DNA of 64,000 nucleotides from assembly GCF_009914755.1 (NCBI RefSeq), contig NC_060937.1. The stretch is one strand, 5' to 3'. This document shows, piece after piece, positions 39,605 to 52,188 of the stretch; the first letter of the stretch is position 1; every line of letters starts with the position of its first letter. Made by a program: the position numbers and the translations under genes. Source of the DNA: the human T2T-CHM13v2.0 reference genome, Homo sapiens. The notes beneath the pieces were generated by a model. That model saw nothing but the letters and a program-made list of their open reading frames with translations, searched no databases and was not told the DNA's origin.

Positions 39605-40279
39605 ATACATTTGAATTGTTTTTGAGATTACTACTTGATACCGAGCCTTTACAGGTTTGGGGGTATCAAAATGAATGATAAGGTACTCATGGGGGCTAGA
39701 AGTTTGGAAGGGTCTGCCAGAGATGGGCTCAGAACGGCTCACTCTATTGGTGATGCCTAGGAAGAATTGACCCAGAAAGTGAGGTCTGAGCTATGTTTTT
39801 AGAGGGACCTTTGCCAAATGGAGAATAGTGATCCAGGCTTAAATGGGAGGATCCTATACCTTACAACAATGAACCCTGGGAAAGGTACATCTGAAAAAGA
39901 GACCAGTAAATTGTTATCTGGCCTCTATTTCTTGCCGTATCTCCTTTATCAAAGAGAATAATAAGTGGATGGAAAAATACTGATATAAGGAATAAAACCT
40001 ACAATCGTTGGAAAGATTGCACTTGATTCTTAGTCTCTTAGACCTGCAAGATGATAAGAGAGCATGGTCTTCCATTATTGAGATCTCCTGTTGGATCCTT
40101 CTGCAGGCAAATCTGCATGTCTGGAGAGATGATGAGGTTAATCAGAAAGGGAAATAGAAAAAAGGAGAAAACATGGAGGAAATGATATCTTCTGACTAGG
40201 CTCAGGAGAACATAAGCTCCAATGGAGTGCTCTGTTTTGGGGGATAGTGTTGTCAGCGTGCTCCAGCTATTTCATTTCT

Positions 40280-40430
40280 ATTATGTTGTGTGAAACTCAC
40301 ATATTACTGATAAAAAGACTGAGACTCAGTGAGTTTGAGTGATTTGCCCAAGGTCACATGTCAGAGAGCTTGCGATTGTAGGTAAGTTGGTTCACAGCTG
40401 GGGCTTCAGTCTTGTTTTCATTATGCCTTT
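40280..40430 (-). mobile_element. MIR remnant
   Basis: 'actgagactcag..gagtgatttgcccaaggtcaca'. Confidence 0.7.
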
Positions 40431-42267
40431 AAGTCAATTATCAGTACAAGGTGTGAAATGAAGCTATATGTTAGCAGTTCTTCTGGCAATAGATAATAGC
40501 TGTTTCTCATCATCAAATCCAATAAATGTCCTGCACTAAAATACAGAGTTAGACTTAATAATTGCTTGAAAAGAGACTTGTTCTTAGTTAACTATTTTGC
40601 TAAAGAATAAAACTCTTCTCAGCTCTCCATTTTAATGAGATTTCTAGATTTTTTTAAATAGAAAATTTATTGATCTTTCCCTCATTTTACAAAATGTGAT
40701 ATAAATTCATTACTAAATCTGCCTTAAATTTTATTTAAAATAAACATTTTTTTCTACTTTATGGACTTTTTGATTTTATAATTGTATTTATAGCTAAATT
40801 AATAATTCCTCATGTCTATAATTCAGCTAATTTGTGTACCTTTCTGTGATTCATTATTTAGTTGACATGCATTAGTAATATGAATATATTTTTATTGATG
40901 TAGACATAATTTTCCATCAGTGGATTTATAATAAATGTATGTTTTCAGTTCTTTCTGTGTAGCTGTTCTCTCATACCCATTTCTCAGTTGCTATTGGTGG
41001 TGAAAAATAAGTATTAGTTTTCTTTTTTTTCTGAATTAAAAAGATGTCAATATTAAAAGGAAACTATTGCAATTGTGGGAAAGAGCAACCAGTTCTTCAT
41101 GTTTTTTGTGTTGCTCTCATGGAGTTTTACATCCTCTTCACTCATTCCTTTGTCTTTTGTTAAGAGTAATGTATTCTGTGTCAGTTGCATTTTCAGGCTT
41201 CTCCAATGCACAGACTGCCAAAATTACAAGATTATGTACAATAGGTTTATGTTGTGGATGTCTGTCCACCAGGGACTTAACAAGCTGAAATTGTCAACTT
41301 GGACTTCCACCAATGGCCTAGAGCTAAAAAGTGAGTGAAATTTCAACTGTGCTGCAGAACACTTGCAAGTGTGTCTTCATTAAATCAATGATGTTCTCCA
41401 AAAGAGAATTACTTCCAGTCAAAAATACAATTTTGCTCTATTATCAGATGGTATAAAAAAAATTCAATAAATAAAGTTTCAGCCAAATGCTAAAAGGCAG
41501 ATTGTACCTTGGCACCCCTTTCACTTAGAGATGATCTTCATAAGAAGTGGCACGTCATGTGACGTCATGTCAGCATAGTCTCTGAAGGACTATAATCCCT
41601 AAATGATAATTAGTTGGATGGAAGCTTCAAAAGTACAACATCTGGTGGATTACCATCATCCCTTTTATTCTTGGGAACTCTTTTGATCTGTTTGGATCTA
41701 GAAAGAAAAAATAATTATTTCTTGACTGTACTTGGTGCTTAAAATGCTACGAAGACAGTGTTGAGAGCTTTATTCATTTATTCATTGTGATTTTGTTACG
41801 GCTTCTTGATATGATATTGTGCTTAAAAACTGTATCTATTAACTTTCAAAGAAGTAGAAAATACATAGCATATTCTAGCCTGTTAGGTGAACAACTACTT
41901 TTCATAGTCATTCTATAATTTACTGTTTGAACACAGAGGCACAAACTAAGTGAATTCTGGGGGCAATTTAGAAGAAAATAGCCTCCTTTCAGAGCAAAAT
42001 ACTCCTAAGGAAGCTTACTAAGACTTCAAGTGTATTCACTTTATCAAAATGGATTTCTGAACAATATGAAATGCAAGAATGTTGGTTGGGAATATTTGGG
42101 GTCATTTAAAAATTAAAGTACACACATCTAGACATGAATGAAACTCTGAAATCTGGAAATGAAATATAAGTCAGTTCAGTTGACCCAACATGCTGGAGAT
42201 ATCCTCTAAGGCTAGAATTTTCAGTTTAAGCATAAAGCTACTGAATAAAAAGCAATTTCTGAATTTA

Positions 42268-42418
42268 CTTTTTTTTTTTTTTTTTTTTTGCTGGAGTGTA
42301 GTGGCGTGATCTTGGCTCACTGCAACCTCTTCCTTCCAGTTTCAAGTGGTTCTCCTGCCTCAGCCTCCTGAGTAGCTGGAATTACAGGTGCCCGCCACCA
42401 CTCCCGGCTAATTTTTTA
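42268..42418 (-). mobile_element. Truncated Alu (right monomer only)
   Basis: Poly(T), then gctggagtgtagtggcgtgatc...cccggctaatttttt; no left monomer follows. Confidence 0.9.
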
Positions 42419-42785
42419 CATATTTGTATATGTATTTTTTTACATATGTATTTATATATGTATTTTTTTACATATATATATACACATATATACATATATA
42501 TACACACATATATACATATATACAGGGTCAATAAATACCAATGAGTGTATAAAAGTATTAGACATGGCAGTAGAAATATATATATAGTATACGTATATGT
42601 AGAGAGATATATATAGTATATATGTAGAGATATATATAGTATATATGTAGATATATATAGTATATATATGTAGATATATATAGTATATATATGTAGATAT
42701 ATATATAGTATATATGTATATATAGTAGATATATAGTATATATGTAGATATATATATAGTATATATATGTAGATATACATATATC
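42419..42785. repeat. TA-rich microsatellite/minisatellite (tatatatagtatatatgtaga units) enclosing one arm of an inverted repeat
   Basis: Direct read. Confidence 0.9.
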
Positions 42786-43639
42786 TATTGCCATGTCTAA
42801 TATTTTTACACACTCATTAGTATTTATTGACCCTGTCCTGCTTATTATTATCAAACCCACCTCTCCTTTTCTCTTTTCCTACCTAGATATACTCAGTTTT
42901 GTCAGATATACATGTACTTTACATTTTTAAGATGAATAACATTTAAATTCCATCTTGTAATCATAATTCTGTGCCTGGTCTATAGCTCATTCTAAAAGAT
43001 GAAAGTAAATTAAAGGCATTTACATTATCAGGATTATATTAAATTGCATTCATTACAAAGCCAATTGGTGATAGAGGATTTCTCTACAAATTCACCATCA
43101 GATTCCCTGGCCCACTCTAAGGTGAAGAATACTATCAACAAGGTTAAATGGATTTCCTTACACACCATAAATTGCTCAATATTGTGTCATATTTTGGGTT
43201 ATTTCTGATATCTACTATGACATTTCCTAGACATTTTCTCTACTTGTAGTTTCTAGATGCCTCTCAGTTTTTTTTAAGAAAAAAATCATAATTTCTCATC
43301 CTATTACTAAAATCTTTCAGTTGTTATTTATTTTATTTTGTAAGAAATACATTCAATTTCTTTAGCATTTTCTTGGAAATCACTGTCAACGTATCCATGC
43401 GGACTGCTGATGGCTATCCAAGCTTGATGCATAGCTATCATCGTGGAATTTCATCTTTCTATTTGCTGAGTTAATTCTACTATTGACCAAATCTTATTTG
43501 TCCTTCTTATATCTTTATCCTGGACTACCCATCAAGTGAATATTTCAGAAAGGATAATTGGAAGGTATATATCTTAAGTCTGTATATATCTAAAAATACT
43601 TTGTTTGTCTTTCACACACTAATATTCTAAGTATAAAAT

Positions 43640-44225
43640 TGGTATTGATTTGCGATCATGACAAATTATCAAACATAGTGGCCTAAAGCAACTCAAATTT
43701 ATTATCTTACAGTTCTATAGATAAGAAGTACAAAACAAGTTTTAGGCTAAAATCAAGGTATCAGCAGGTGTCAGAAGCTCTATGGATAATCATAGAAGCT
43801 CAGTAGGACTATGTCCTTTTCTGGTTTCTCTAGGGAATAATCTTTTTACTGTTCATTCAGACTGTTGGCAGTTTGTTCCTTGAGCTTGTGGTATGAAGGT
43901 CCCTATTTTATTGCTGGTTGTAAACTGAAGGCTGTTGTCAGTTTCCAGAGGTCACTGCATTCTTTGGCTTCCTTCCATTTTCAAAGTCACAATGACAGGC
44001 CTAATGCTCACTACACACCTCTCTGACCCTCCTAATTGTCACATCTCTTTCTGATCCAGCCAGCAAAGGCTCTCCAAAAAAAGTGATGCCCGCAAGGATA
44101 TAATCTCCACATCTCAAGGTCTGTAACCTTAATCACATCTGCAGAGTCCCTTTTGCTATGTAAGGCAACATATTTACAGGTTTGGGTATTAGGTCATAAG
44201 CATCTTTAGTAGCCATTATTCGACT
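43640..44225 (-). mobile_element. MaLR LTR (MLT1E type) within old antisense L1/HAL1-like sequence
   Basis: 'aaatttattatcttacagttct', 'aaaatcaaggtatcagcagg', 'accttaatcacatctgcagagtcccttttgc'. Confidence 0.85.
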
Positions 44226-46279
44226 TATATTCAAAAACATTTTTCCTGAGAAATTTAAAGGCACTATTATTTTTTTTCTCACACTTGAGAATTCTTGATA
44301 AAGAATTTTATGTCAATTATATTTTCATTTCTCTGTTGGTAATTTCTTATCCCTCTGAAAGATTTAGAAGGCTATCTTCATCCTTGTAATTCTGAGATTT
44401 GATGCATCTGGTTGTGGTCTTTCTTCAACTCCTCCTGTTTTGCAGCCAGAAGGCCCTAGCAATATGACTTCTCTGGTCTTTCTTTAGTTTAAGAAAAATT
44501 TCTTCCAGTATTTTTTTTTGAATGAATGATCCTCACCCTACTTTTCATCCCTACCATTAGGCCCATGCCTAAGGCATTTAGTACATGTTTGTGTGAGTGA
44601 GAGTTGATAAGACTGGACATATAGATTTGGCTGTCAAGAGCATAAGAAAATTGACAATGTGTATACATTAAGAAGATGCCAGAGAAGAAACCAAAAAGAA
44701 TACTTTAATTTAAGGCTGAGGAGAGAAAAAGCAAAGGCCAGGTGTCTGTGGCATGGCAACCTGAAGGCGGAAAGTACTTCTAGTGAAATTCTATCCCCTA
44801 AACTTCTTCAATCTCCTCCCAAATCATAGAGATCTGTTTAATTTTTCAGAATTATAGAAGTTATTCTGGTCTGCTAAAAAGAGGTTTATTAATGCTGCAT
44901 AATTTGAAACTGCACTGTAAACTATAAACTGCTGTTAATATGATTGCTATGATCTCAGAATGCTTTCATCCTTTCAGTAAGTACTTACTAACATTTCTTA
45001 TGAGAATGCAATCAAGCCTCAATGATTCCGAGTCTTTTTTTCACCCTCATTACTCTTGCCTTGTTATTTCTGTTATATTATATCTGAAATATTTACAGTG
45101 CACTGTACCAGTACAATTTTTACTGTAGTCCCAGGAAAGGGGATATTTGGCATGAAGATTCCAGCTCTAAAAACAGAGAAAAACATTTGAGATAGTGGCT
45201 TGCCTGTTTAAAAACATTGAAGGAAAAAAGATTGTAATTAAAAATATCCTTCTTTTAGATGTCATCTGAGCATGGATAATCATAGAAGCTCTATGTGGTT
45301 GAGCTATAATGAGCTTTTCAGTACTTTCCCCAAAGAACAATGTTAGGCAGTTCCTACCATCTCAACATCTGAATATTTTTGCAACACTGGCCCCAAATAA
45401 ATGCTTTTATCCGGAGTCACTCTTCTTGTCCTGGTGATTACAATAGCAAGGTAGAGAAAAATAAATAGGGCCTGCTGTGCAAACTAACATTGTAATGAAG
45501 ATCTAAATTTGCTCGTTATCCCTTGAAACAGCAGTTAGGAGGTACAGAGGGGACGGGATATTGCTGTTCTTTTGCGTACTCTGCAAGGAGAAGGAAGCAA
45601 TTTGAATAAAATATCTGACAAATAAACTGTTGGGAATTTGTCAGAAGTGTATTCCTGGTCTCTGCAGGAAGTCTGTGAAGAGAGTTGAAGGCCCATAATG
45701 ATGAGGAAGTCTTTGCCCTGTCTTCGATTTATTGAGCTGATAGGGGCTCTCTTCTGCAACTGGTTCTGTGTCTGTGCCTGCCCCATGAGGGACAGCCCTG
45801 CCCTCCATGGCCTAGGCAGCTGGTTCAAATCCAAAAGATTTCTTTGGTGGGGTTATTTAACAGGTGATGAATTTTTCTATCTGATTCACATTTGCTTTGC
45901 ACTCAGATTTGGTGACCTATGTAATTTATGCCTGAACCAATGATTTATTTTTAAGTATACTGATGGTCTTTACCCACCAAAAAAGAACTGAAATATATAA
46001 GCCATCTTTTAGAAAGCTACCTTTAAAGAGAACCACAAAAATGGCTTATTACTTTCAAAGCCACATTTTAAAAAAGAAAATACCCGCTTCTCAAATGAGT
46101 CACTCTATAGTTTAAAATCTAGTGAAACATATATATAATATATAATCTATATTTTAAAATGCAAATATTTGATTAAAAATAACTATTTGAAGAATCATTT
46201 AAATGAATTTAAAATTACATTATGGTCTTAAAGTCATAAGCTTAAATGTCTACACAATTAAACAGTCCATAAGAAACTG

Positions 46280-47405
46280 AATCTGATCAAATTGGGGGGT
46301 TGAGGGTTTATAAAATACCATACAATAAAATAAATGTGCTTCTATCAATCTGAAAAACAAAGCGAATTGTGAGGTTGGAAATACCTTCAGAAAGAATAGT
46401 CAATTTGTTTCTTTGAGACTTAAAACTAAAGATTTCTTGCCAAAGCACATTTATAGTTTCTTAATATAACAAACCATGTCATAGTTTGATTTCCATATTC
46501 ATAAAGATAGTGGAGATTTCCTTGGCAATAGAAGAATATATAAGGGAGATTCTCCGGTAATAGACTCCCTATCTTTTGTGATTTTTAAAATATGTGTTTG
46601 TTTGCTTGTTTGTTTTTTGCTATCAAGCTAGAAATCCTCTCTGGTTGCAGACCCATCACCAGGGAGAGCTCAAAGCTTCTGTTTTCATTTCTGTCCTGAA
46701 AGAGTCTAATCTGAAGATTTTTAGGAATGTCAATCCTAGGGGCATGGTGTTCTTTCATATTCTCTGAGATTCTATTGCTCTCTCTTGAGAGAAAGGACTG
46801 TATTTCTAGTGAACAATTCTTGAAGTCAAATGTATAGCCTTACATTTTCTACTACCCCAAACTTAGACTTCTCTCTAGATCTCTCCAACTCCAGTAGAAT
46901 GGCTGACTATATTGTGTGAGTCTGTGTTGTAGCTTTCTGAGCTTGGACACTCAGGAACCTTTTGGAAATATATGACCTATTCTACATTGTCTTCTCCCAG
47001 TCTTAGTCCTTCCAGATCTTTTGAATTTTCCAGGGCTTAAGAACATTTTCTATTACAATAGCAAAAGAAGTTATTTTACCTCAACCTCTGTTTTCCTGAA
47101 ACAATAGAACTGAAATATATGTTATCCTCTAATGTCTTCTTATTCCTTTCGAGTAGGCCCAGTTTATAAAACTTAAGCCTGCATTAGATTGTCCCACACT
47201 TCTACCTCCTCCAGGGTTGTTTGCTGGATCAAGTCCCTAACTTTTTTTTTCTTTTTTCCATTATTCCAATTTTTATTACAAGACGAAAACATGCTTATTT
47301 AAGCTAATAACTCTTTGTTCTAAAGATTATCCTATGGTTTCTTTTCAAATCCTAAAAAAGTATACTGTTGACTGTGTATCTTCACTAACTCTGGTGAAAG
47401 CAGTC
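46280..47405 (-). pseudogene. Probable 3' continuation of the FBXO38-like pseudogene beyond the L1 insertion
   Basis: Immediately past the L1 the minus strand reads VNSILF*DLKRNHRIIF...LK*ACF (KRNHRIIF at 47345-47322; cf. LDQILRMPPERNRIIYL...LEQKLF). Near 46360-46280 it reads LFFRLIEAHLFYCMVFYKP...DQI (cf. the C-terminal VFQRVVAIFIHYCDVNGEP..DDYI). The middle part is longer than expected and could not be aligned by eye. Confidence 0.5.
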
Positions 47406-47407
47406 TA

Positions 47408-49645
47408 AATTAATATGTAAAATATAAAGCTACATCCTCTGCAATAAGTTGAGAAATTGGCATATTAAACCCAATAACAAGCAGAAGTAAAAAATAATAA
47501 AGACAACAGCAGAAATCAGTGAAATAGAAAACAAAAATAACAAGTTTAACTAACCACTAGAGAGGCTGACCAAGAGAAAGAGAGAGGAGACAGAATTTAC
47601 AAATACCAGGAGTGAAAAGAATGGACATCATAACACCCTACAGATATTAAAGGTTAATTAGAAAATATTACAAACAACTTAATGCCCATAAATATGACAA
47701 CTTAGATACCATGGATTAATTTCTCAAAACATATAAATTACCAAAGATCACTAAAGAATAAATAATCTGAATAGTCGTATATTTATGGAAGAAATTATAT
47801 TGATAGTTTTAAACCTTCCAACAAATAAAACTCCAAGCCCAAATAAATAAACTCACTGATGAATTTTACTCAACATTTGAAGTGAAAACTAGCAGTTCCT
47901 CACAATCTCATCTAGATATTAGAAAAAGATGGGACATTTCTTACACATTTTCTAAGTACAATATTACTTTTTATGAAAATGAGATAAAAACATTACAAGA
48001 AAACTATAAACTAATATACCTCAGGAACTTAGACATTAAAATATTCTCAACAAAATACTAGCAAATCAAACTCAGTAATAGATAAAAAAGAAAAACATGT
48101 CAAGACCAAGTGGGTTTTATCCTAGGGATACGAGGCGGGTCTAACATGCAAAAATTAATAAGTGCCATTATTCTATCAAGAGCCTATAGAAGAAAAACTA
48201 TATAGTCATCTGAATAGACACAGAAAATCATTTGACGTAAGTAAACATTAAAATCTCTCAGCAAGAAGTTATTGAAGGGAATTTCCTTAACTTGATAAGG
48301 AGCATCTACAAAACCTATTGGTAACACCATGCTTCAGGTTGGATGACTAAATACATTCCTCCTAAAATTAGGAGCAAACCAGAAATATCTGCTCTCACCA
48401 TTTCAATTCATCATCATACTGGGAGTCCCAGCCAGTGCAATAAGACAAGATAAAATAATGAAAATGTGACATATCAAAACTGTGAATGCAGCAGAAGTGG
48501 TTTTTGAGTATGAATGTTTATCTTTCATCAAAATTCATATTTTGAAATCCTCACCACAGAGGTGATGGTGCTAGTAGGTAGGGCTTTGGGGAGATGATTA
48601 GATTATGGGAGTGGAGCCCTCATGAATGGGATGTGTACCCTTATAAAAAAGGCCTAAGAGAGATCCTTTGCCCCTTCTGCCATGTGAGGTTAAAGTGAAA
48701 AGATCACTGTCTATGAGGAAGAAGGCCCTCATGAGACAGCAAATTTTCTGGCACCTTGATCTTGGACTTTCCAGCATCAAGACCTGTAAGAAATAAGTTT
48801 CTGTTGTTTATAAGCCACCCAGTCTATGGTATTTTGTCATAGCAGCCAAAATGGGCTAAGACATATCTATAGTCTTAAATGTTTACATTAGAAAATAAAG
48901 GAATAGAAATTAATGAGCTAAGCTTCCAATTTCAAAAGCTAGGAAAAAAACTATAAAATACACTAAATACAAAATAAAAAATAAAGATAGAGCAAAATTA
49001 TTAAAATATAAAGTAGATATAAAAAAGAGAAGATAAGAAGGACAAATATATTTTACAAATATAATTAATAATATTGACAAACCATTGACAAGTCTGAAAA
49101 GAACAAAAGAGAAATGGCACAAATGAACAACAGAGGAAATTAAGAAGGGGGTTACCACAGATGCTACAGAAATTTTAACAAATTAAGGATAGAGAAAAAA
49201 ATTTTCCTAACATATTTGAAAACTTGGAAGAAATGGGCACATTTCTAGAAAAATTTTACTTACTAAAGCTCCCTTGAAGAGCAACATCATATTTAAATAA
49301 TTCTATACCCATTGAAGTAATAAATTCATAGCTAACAGTTTTCCACATTAACAAAATAAAAAAATAAATATTATCAGACTTTCAGGAAACAATGTCAGTT
49401 TCATAGGGAATATTCCAAATAATAGGAAAAAGAGAAAATATTCCATAACTTACATAAAAGGCTAGCAACATCTTCATGCTAAAACCTGACAAGAACAGTA
49501 TGAAGGGAAAAAAATCACATTTAATAATCACATTAATTATGTATTTAATATATTTAATAATATCAGTGTAAAAATCCTAAACAAAATATAAGCAACTTGA
49601 ATCTAGGAACATATAAAAAGTCTGATAAATCATGAACAAGTTGTG
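47408..49645 (+). mobile_element. Two old L1M ORF2 fragments in tandem (nested MLT1A), inserted in the pseudogene
   Basis: A-rich ORF2 signatures ('caacttaatgcccataaatatgacaacttagat', 'tcaacaaaatactagcaaatc', 'aaaatcctaaacaaaatataagcaa'); the ORF2 position resets at ~48465. Confidence 0.85.
48500..48863 (+). mobile_element. MLT1A0-like LTR
   Basis: 'gagccctcatgaatgggat', 'gcaccttgatcttggactt', ends 'atagcagccaaaatgggctaagaca'. Confidence 0.9.
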
Positions 49646-50271
49646 TAAAGTTGATAAAAGTGAATTTTCCAAGACTGATCTCCACAGGCAGTTCCCCCTA
49701 AGGGGAAGAAACTGCCTCTAGTAAAACTGACCTTCTGAGTGGTTCCATGGAGACCTGTGTGGGCCCGGTGCTCAGACAGAACAGATAAGCCTCAAGACCT
49801 GCACCCCAACCACTCCATCACCATCATGCCAGGGATAAGTTCCTTCTCTAACCACGAAAACTGATGTGGTGACTTCTGCCTTCGGCTTTGCATGTGATAA
49901 AGCTACTATGCAAAGCTTAGACCAATTCTCAGACCACAAAAGGTGAAGACCTGGCATCCCCTTCAGCAAGCCATAAATGAATGCTTAGTTCAACTGATGG
50001 AGTAGGGCTGGGGCAAAGCCTCTGCCACAGCATATTACAGTTGCATACTGAGCCATAGTGACTCCAGACAGGGGCTATAGTCATGCAGCGGAGAAGCTCA
50101 CAGACCAATGCTTAAGGTCTCTTGTCTGATCCTGTCTGATTGTAGTTCATGTGTATGCAGTGTGACAGGTATCACCTGCCTCAGTTCCCATCTCTTGGAG
50201 GCCAACATCAAGGATGATTGTCTAGTGAATGTCCTTAGATTTGATCCATTCTCAGGTAACATAATAATGAA

Positions 50272-50633
50272 TGTTATGGAATGAACGCTTGTATCTCCCC
50301 AAAATGTGTAACCCCCAGTGTGATGATATTTAAACGTGGAGCCTTTGGGAGGTAATTGGGTTTACATGAAGTCATGAGGGTGTGTCACCTGTGATGGGCT
50401 CAGTGTCTTTCCAAGAGGAGGAAGAAACTGAAGGTTTCTTTCTCTTTGCAGTGTAGGAATTTAGCTCAAAGGTGACCATCTGAAAGCCAGGAAGAGGGCC
50501 CTCACCAGAACCCAACCATGCTAGCACCCTGTTTTCCAATTTCTAGCCTCCCAAACTGTGAGAAAATAAATTTCCGCTGTTGAAGTCACCCAGTCTATGT
50601 TATTTTGTATGGCAGCCCAAGCTGGCTAAGATA
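50272..50633 (+). mobile_element. MLT1A-like LTR with 5-bp TSD
   Basis: tgttatgga...gctaagata; TSD atgaa (50267-50271) / gtgaa (50634-50638). Confidence 0.9.
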
Positions 50634-51291
50634 GTGAAGAAATACAAAGAAAGGAGAGTTGACTCACTCTCTAGTGATTGGAATGTGCTCCTTACCATTC
50701 TATTGAGCTCTCTTTCAGTGTAGTTAGACAGAGTAGATCCAGCAACAAATGATGACTGAACCCCTGATTGAACATCTGCTGAATTCTCCCTGATCCAGGT
50801 TTGATGATGTGCACTGCCTTTGGAAGTAGGCATTTCAGTAAAGGTACTAATTCATCACAGAATGAAATCAAGAGGAATAGAGGATATTCCTATGTGCTTT
50901 TACTCCACTGAACATTTTAACAGCGTTGGGTTGGGGATGGGCATCTTTGACAGCTTGCTTCCAATTCAAAAGAACCTGAGTGCATTTTCGTACATCTTCA
51001 GAGCATTTTTCTGTTTTCTGAAGAGCTTTTCATTCATTGCTGTGATAGTCTTGTCACTCGTTAGTGTTCAGAGGGTTAGAGTTAGAGCTTCTTCAGTTTA
51101 TATCTTTAAATTATATCAGCAGGTGATCGTGAGGCTCTTTGTTTTCACAGCTGACTTGGGTTATCATTTTAATCCTAGACACTCTAAGATTGAAAAACTT
51201 AGGGAGATACCACATGGTGAAAGTTATCTAAGTTCAGCAGCAAATCACATAAAAGACATGTTTTTTATCCCTATTATATATCAATAATATC

Positions 51292-51604
51292 CAGTCATGC
51301 ATGACATAACAATGGTTTTGTTAATAACAGACCAGTGGTCCCATAAGATTATAACATGTTTTTGTTGTACCTTTTCTATGTTTAGATACAATACTTACTG
51401 TTGCATTACAATTTCCTACAGTGGTCAGTTCAGTAACATGTTGAACTGGTAGCCTCGGAATGATAGGCCATATAGCCTAGGTGTGTAGTACATTATACCA
51501 TCTACGTTTGTGTAAGTACACTGTGTGATGTTAGCACAATGACAAAAATCACGAAAGGATACATTTCTCAGAACATATCCTCATCGTTAAGTGATGTATG
51601 ACTG
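51292..51604 (+). mobile_element. Tigger3a (Golem) MITE
   Basis: TIRs cagtcatgc / gtatgactg; internal 'atagcctaggtgtgtagt..ataccatct..tttgtgtaagtacac'. Confidence 0.88.
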
Positions 51605-52042
51605 AAAATAATTTTCTAGCACAAATACCATGTCTAAACACCACCAAATATAGCAACACAAAAGGTGCATTCCTTTTGAATTTGATGCACCATCTCCTTT
51701 GGATAGACCTAGCTCTCTAGTCTGCCTTTATGTAAGAATCAAGTCTTTAAGTATTGTGGTCCTGTAAGTGCACAATATATTTAATCCACTTCCTATACTC
51801 TTCACATAGTCTTAAATGGAAATATAGTCCACAAGCAACTCAAGAAGTTGGCATCCAGGCTATTTACATCATCTAAGCAATTAATCATTGCATAGTAAGA
51901 CCTAAAACAAAACTATTCAGCCCAAATAAACAGCTATTCAGCTTCCTGCAGAAGTGTGCAAAACTTGCACAGTAAAACATGTTTTATTTTACTGGCATGG
52001 TAAAGGCATCTTGTGGGTGCTGTGCTGAAGAAAAAATATACA

Positions 52043-52188
52043 CAGTAAGTCATCACTGAATGCAAATGATACGTTCTTGGAAACAATAACTTTAAGTGAA
52101 ATGACATATAATGAAACCATTTTTTTTCTCATCAGTGTTATAAGGTAACAACATTGATTGAAATGATGTTTTATTCGAGGACCTGCTG
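52043..52188 (+). mobile_element. MER82-like Tigger MITE (internally deleted)
   Basis: cagtaagtcatcact..ttcttggaaac..actttaagtgaaa ... ttattcgaggacctgctg. Confidence 0.75.

Noticed and set aside
42382-42860. 143-aa and 100-aa Y/I-rich ORFs
   Set aside because: They are artefacts of the TA minisatellite.
50820-51287. 155-aa + strand ORF (longest in the track)
   Set aside because: It has a non-ATG start and an F/L/I/S/V-rich composition, and lies antisense to the FBXO38-like fossil. It is best explained as a shadow frame.
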